Shown piece after piece: positions 58,617-64,000 of a DNA stretch of 64,000 nucleotides; position 1 is the stretch's first letter; each line of letters begins with the position of its first letter. A model generated the notes under the pieces. That model made no database searches, was not told the DNA's origin, and saw only the letters and a program-made list of their open reading frames with translations. This stretch comes from Minutocellus sp. GHC0000111. Its lineage: Eukaryota. Location of the stretch: contig OZ361259.1 of assembly GCA_977018835.1 (NCBI GenBank), positions 1,240,001 to 1,304,000 on the forward strand, written 5' to 3'. A program made the position numbers and the translations under genes.

Positions 58617-61121
58617 TTAGGTACTGACTGGTGCAGCACCTTGAGTTGGAGTGATGGCACGTCCACCAATTGCACCGTTGGCCTTGGTCCCTTTACTCGT
58701 CGGAGCAGGACTTGATGTGGACGAAGGTGACTCAGAAGTTTCATCAGAGACCGCCGCCACAAGCTCGTTTAGCTGATCAGCATATCGATCGGGCTTCTTA
58801 AGCATGGTATTGAGCCTCTTCTTGGCGTTCTGGATGTGCGTCTTGAAGAAGCAACGGATGCGATCACGAAGCTTCTTATCGTCAAAGACGACGGGATCGA
58901 ATGTCCACCCTTGTTCCGCGGCGTGGGCTCGGATGAGCTCGACGAGGTTGTTGTTGAAGCGTTGCTGATCCTTGGATTGACGACGGTTGATGGAAAGCTC
59001 GTAGTACTCGGTCATGTGAGAATACAGAATGCTCTCGAGGATGGGATAGTCCTTCCAGAAGAATCCCTCGCTAATAACTGGAGTCGCGGGATAGTTGTTG
59101 GTCGGACTCTTGGTACCGTTTGGCCTGTCGCGAGAGCCCATGGCCATGTGAAGAAGGAGGCGCTTGTTCAGATCCTTGTCCTCGAGGATGCGCTGGACGG
59201 ACTCCAAAGAAACGGGCGAAGGAGTACGGCTACCACCACTGACGGAACGGCTCCGACCACCGACAGGTCTGCCTACCTCCTTGGTTGGAGTTGGGGTCGG
59301 CATGGCAAGCTCACCAGACGCAATCTTGGCCATAGGAGTTGGAGCCATGGGAGTAGGAGTAGGCGCAGTAATGACCTTGGGTCCAGGCGTTGGCGTCTTG
59401 GAGTTGACGAAACGAGCAAACTCACTGCCATTCGCTGGTGAAATGGTATTGGTACCGGTCGTTAGTGGAGATCCAGCAGGCAGTGGCGTCTGAAGCCTCT
59501 TGTGGAGCTTGTTCTTGGCGACGGAGGCACCAACCTCGGCGATGGCCTCGGAGGTCTCGATATTGACGGTCGCCGTCCCAGCCATGGCATTGGGACGGAT
59601 AGGAACCGGTGCATGTGCCGCCGCCCCTGCGATCGGCTTGAACGATTCCTCTTCCCCACCCTGCTGGACATTGTTGATCGACGAAATTTCCGGAGACAGG
59701 CGGAACGAAGTCGGACGGAAGCTCTGCAGATGAGGCGAGGCCCGAGGGTCGCGGTTGTAGGGATGGTAGAAGTCCGCACTCTTCTTGCGAATGTGACCGT
59801 GCGGAGTAGCCCGTGCACCTTGCATGTGCCCATAAGGAGTCGACCTTGGATCCCGACTGCTTCCAGGAGTGGGGAAGTGAGTGGCCCGGACCTCCTCGTT
59901 GCACGGTGTGGCACTGAACGGGGTGTGCGAACGAGCGCCGCCGGGTGCGGGAGAGCCAAAGACATATGGCGAGGCACGGACCTCCTGTTGATGAAACTGT
60001 GTGGCGCGGGGATCTTGCACAAATGGCGAAACACGAGGATCTTGAATGGATGCAATGGAGCCAGTTACGCTGCCATACGGCGAAGCCCGAGAGTAGGCCC
60101 CATCGCGGAGGAACGGAGAGGCACCGTCGCCGCCCCCGCGCTGAAGGTGCTGATCTTGATTGCCAAAGGGGGTCGTCCTGGACTCGGCGACGACAGCCGA
60201 TACGGCGGCTACAGCATCTGCCTCTTGTTGTGCGATAAAGTCGGCTGGTGTGGTGAAAATGGGGGAGAGCGAGGCAAAAGAATGGCGGGTAAGTTAAATT
60301 TCGTCTTGGCGGGAGATTGAAAAGAACAAAACTGGCATGTCTTGTGCTGGAAACGAAATATCATGTGTTTCACGTCGAAACTCGAGCCACATGCACACTG
60401 ACTGCTCTCGATGACAACTTATTGCAGATATCAAGCCATTCGATGCATTTTGGATGCCAATTTGCCCTCAGAGGAAGCATTCCATCCAACCGAAATTCAA
60501 ATTTCCCCTTGGCGGCAAAATTTTTGGCGGGAGAATTTGGGACCATGATACCGAGGTTCTCTCTGGGCTCAAATTCCACGAAAACAGCCCCAAATCCACA
60601 CAGCATGCATATTTCGTGTATCTTGCTGCGATTCCTGCCTCTGCGGTCTCGAATATGCCTCCAGCATCACCTCCATGGCGGTATCTAAATATTTCGCCCT
60701 CCCTCCAAACGAAGCACGAAAGAACCTCTTGGGGCGTCTCACCTGCACCGAGCAAGTTGGCAATAGAATCCCTTCCGCTGCGGGACGACGATTCTGCCGC
60801 AGGCTCAGCCTGCTGGTGGCCCTTGCGCGCTTTTTTGGGTGGACTGGGCGTCGTCGGCCTCACGACCGGCGCCGGCGGGCCCATGACAGGGACATTCGCC
60901 GCCGGAGGGGCGGCAAAGGCAGCCGCCGGGGGAGCAAAGCTCGACACCTGGACGGAGGCGGCAAACTTGTTGGATGTGTTCTCGAGCATCTGCTTGACGG
61001 GACTGGCGTTGCACGAGCCGCGGTTGGCGATGGAAACCTCGTCGACCTCCTCGTCCTCGTCGGGGACGGTCGTCGGCGACAGGGCCATGGTCCGCGGATC
61101 GAACCAACGGGGGAGCGTCAT
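58617..61121 (-). CDS. Low-complexity protein with a helical C-terminal domain (putative transcription regulator); probably two exons
   Basis: '[27 protein letters not shown]'; RxS/TP repeats; frame open to ~60245; upstream ORF 60468-61121 is a probable exon 1. Confidence 0.55.
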
Positions 61122-61489
61122 GGTTGCTCACAGTTGGTTTTTGTGCCAGAAGAAATGAAAGATACGCCGGCCGGCCAAAACGGGAACATATATTTTTAGC
61201 AGATGGGCCGGGCTGGTGAGGCTATGTGACAAGATTATATATTTTCTTTAATTCTTGGCGCGCGAATTTTTGAATGGTGAATTTGAAGGAGTTTGATTAA
61301 TTCTGGAGACAGAAAGTGGGTAACATAACCTCAAAGTTAATAAAAATGAGATGCGACCAATCTGAGTTTGCGGGCAAAGAAGCATCTTTTGTGCGTCTGA
61401 TGAATGCATGGCTGTGCTCTCTGACCTCAGACCAATGTTGGCGCTTTCTCATGGTCTAAACCAAATCACATTGAATACAACATTGAAGC

Positions 61490-63071
61490 ATGCCCTCCCT
61501 CTCAAGCCGTCGCAACCGATCACGCCGAAAGCTCCAAACCGTCACCAACTGGAATGGCACGTCCGAGTGCCAGCCCTCCGAGGTGCATTTTCCCTCCACC
61601 ATTGACGAGATTCAATCCATCATCCGTCAAACACGAGCGCAAAGCAAACGCCTGCGCATCATTGGCCACAGGGCCCATACTTGGGGCTCCATTAGCATGT
61701 GCGACGATGGGGATGTGATCGTCAATCTCAAGAACTTCAACAGGGTGCTCAACGTGGACAAGAAGAATCGAACCATTACCGCCCAGGCTGGGTGTTCTCT
61801 GGAAGATATGATAGCAGCATTAGATAAGGAAGGATTGGCACTTATGAACACGGGTGAGGCGATCGAGCAGACTCTCGGTGGTGTAACAGCAACGGCTACG
61901 CATGGTTCCGGTGGTGGGCCAGCACCATCGCTTCCTGACTCGTTCAGCGATCAAGTGGTATCGTGCCAAATTATCGATCTCGCCGATAATGCCACTGTTC
62001 ACACCATTACAAGGGAAGATAACGAGGTTTTTGATGCCTTCATGGTTCATATGGGTTTGCTGGGTGTGGTAGTGGAAGTGACTCTACATTTGCGCGACAA
62101 ATATTATTTGAAGTGGAATGTTCGTGATATTGGCGATGTTTCCAATCTCAAGCTCGACCAGATGAAGCAAACCTATGAGAAGGTGTTTAGTTTGACTTAT
62201 ACGTACTTTCCGAGTACCAATCAGGCTGTTGAAATTGTTCGAGATTTTACGGATGATACGCATGAGAGTGGTATTGAGAGTGATATCCGTGATGATTTTG
62301 TGAATAGTCTTCGACAGAGCAATGCGGTACTGCTCAAATGCTGCCCTTGTTGTGTGGAGCCATATGCCAACGTGCAGAAGCGAGCTTTACTTTCTCTATC
62401 GGGTAAGTCCGATCAGTGGCGGAAGGTCCTGTCGCAGGGAGATCTTTGGGGCGGGGTGAATTTTACCTGGAAATACGATGTCGAATTTGCGTTGCCGTTT
62501 GACAAGACTTTGGAGGCGCTCGAAGTTCTTCGGACCATACTTGAAGAAAAGGCCAAGAAGATCTCCACAGTTGTCGGTATTCGCTTTTGTCGTGGTTCCA
62601 GAGGTCTGATGGCGCCCCATTTTTCAGCTGATCCAAAGGCCATCTTTTCGTATATTGAAGTTCAATTCAGTACCAAGCATCTCAATCCACGCATACCTCG
62701 TATATTGCAGAATGAATTGTCCAAACTCGGCGGACGAGCTCATTGGGGCGTTTGATCAAATTTCTTCCTATCGGCTGTGGCCGGCATCAAACTTGAACAC
62801 GTTTCTTGATGTCAAGAGCCAATATGATCCGGATGATCTGTTGGGGAATTCCTACACCGACAAGATTTTTAGCCGAGGCGAACCGGGAGTGATAACTCTT
62901 GTTGAAAATGGCGAAGTGCGCACAGTTCGAGAGGTCGATGGTACAGAGCAGGAACCCAATCCAATTGCAATAATGGCTCTTCCCGGACATACTACCCACA
63001 AGAGCGGGAGGATCATACCAGTGCACGATGGCGTGGTGACAAATGCTATTGATAAAGTCGCCGAGTGTTAG
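61490..63071 (+). pseudogene. FAD-linked aldonolactone (L-gulonolactone/D-arabinonolactone) oxidase-like; frameshift at ~62750
   Basis: 'TNWNG', 'QTLGGVTATATHGS', 'GLLGVV', 'GRAHWG', then 'YDPDDLLGN' in another frame. Confidence 0.8.
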
Positions 63072-63176
63072 AGCGCACTTAACACATGTACTAGTCACAT
63101 TCTTTGCTGATTTGTAATATGTTCTATGTAATTGAACTTATATGAATTGATTTGAACTGAATACATAACAGTTGCT

Positions 63177-64000
63177 TCACTTTTGCTTGCTCTTGTGCTG
63201 AAATTTCTTCTTTGGGACCTTCGGAGACGACGATACCGGGCTCGATCTCAGCCTACTAGCACTGTTCCCGTCGGGCAAAGGTGGCCTTTGATCGCCGATT
63301 CTTGGCTGGCAATAGACTGCTCTCTTCGCACCAGGCACCGGTTTGCATCTTGACTGAGAAGGCTCTGGTGGCCAATCATAGAATCGCTCTTGCCGAAGAG
63401 GAGTGTAAGGTACGAGAACTTCCGATAGAGCCGTTTCCCCCTTTGTGCTTGACCACAGGGAATCAACGATTGAGTTGTTGGTCTTATTCATGTGGCTCGT
63501 AAACGGTCTCGGTGCCGCAGCCAATGTTTCGTCATCGAGCATCAAACCGTCATCCGACTTTCGCCGTTTGAGGGGTATTTTCTTCAGTGCTTTGCTCACG
63601 AGGTTTTCTGTACTGACTGCCTTGTGGATTGAAGGTTTCTTCGGGACAGCTGTGGGCTCGGCACCGATCTCATCTTTCTCGACGAGCGGGTTGCGCTCCT
63701 TTTATAGTCGGATTAACCAATTTTGTGGTCCGACAAAACCGACGCCTCCAGCAAAGAACATCAACCGCCAGGGTAATATCGCAGTGATTACTACGAGCGC
63801 AATCAAAACGCATAGGAGCCAAAATGACGCATAAGGGTCTGACCATATGAATAAATTGAAGACACTTCGATAAGCAATCAAACCGACTCGTTGAATTTGA
63901 ACCACTGGGCCACAGAATTTCTGCTGCATCTGTAGAACCGGATTCCGCTGAACACCAATACCAAGCGCTTTTTCCATCGCGGCAATAATTGGCTCGTTAT
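63177..64000 (-). pseudogene. 3' end of a probable multi-C2/PRT_C-type membrane protein; in-frame TAA at 63702-63704
   Basis: 'RSVFNLFIWSDPYASFW' plus TM hairpin; frame continues after TAA into ORF 63177-63599. Confidence 0.5.

Noticed and set aside
1..64000. tRNA/rRNA genes
   Set aside because: None recognised by eye; a covariance-model scan would be needed to exclude them

Overview
Eukaryotic nuclear DNA, most likely a diatom or related ochrophyte. The evidence is short GT-AG introns, signal+'AF' plastid presequences, TTAGGG repeats and diatom-type CKS1/FAD2/Sel1-RING proteins. About 30 genes or gene remnants are recognisable. (i) 1.0-14.0 kb is a CpG-poor, intronless lipid-modification cluster: two fatty-acid-hydroxylase/sterol-desaturase paralogs, a FAD2-like desaturase, an EthA-like Baeyer-Villiger monooxygenase and an HxxxD acyltransferase. 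Part of it is present as a 2.4-kb inverted duplication. (ii) A 3.6-kb mariner-like element with a passenger ORF sits between divergent CKS1 and glutathione synthetase genes. (iii) An acyltransferase-TM-lipocalin fusion gene is interrupted by (TTAGGG)4 plus a 126-bp templated copy of its own 3' end. It is followed by a 47-bp direct-repeat-flanked insert that carries a hAT MITE. The most striking signal is a localised TpA->TpG/CpA mutation pattern: Tyr->Cys/His, a probable stop->Gln, and a TA target-site duplication read as CA. It is concentrated around repeats and looks like a RIP-analogous mutator acting on T:A pairs. Roughly half of the genes carry disabling lesions. All calls were made by eye from motifs and no database search was run. 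Some single-base frameshifts could be consensus errors.
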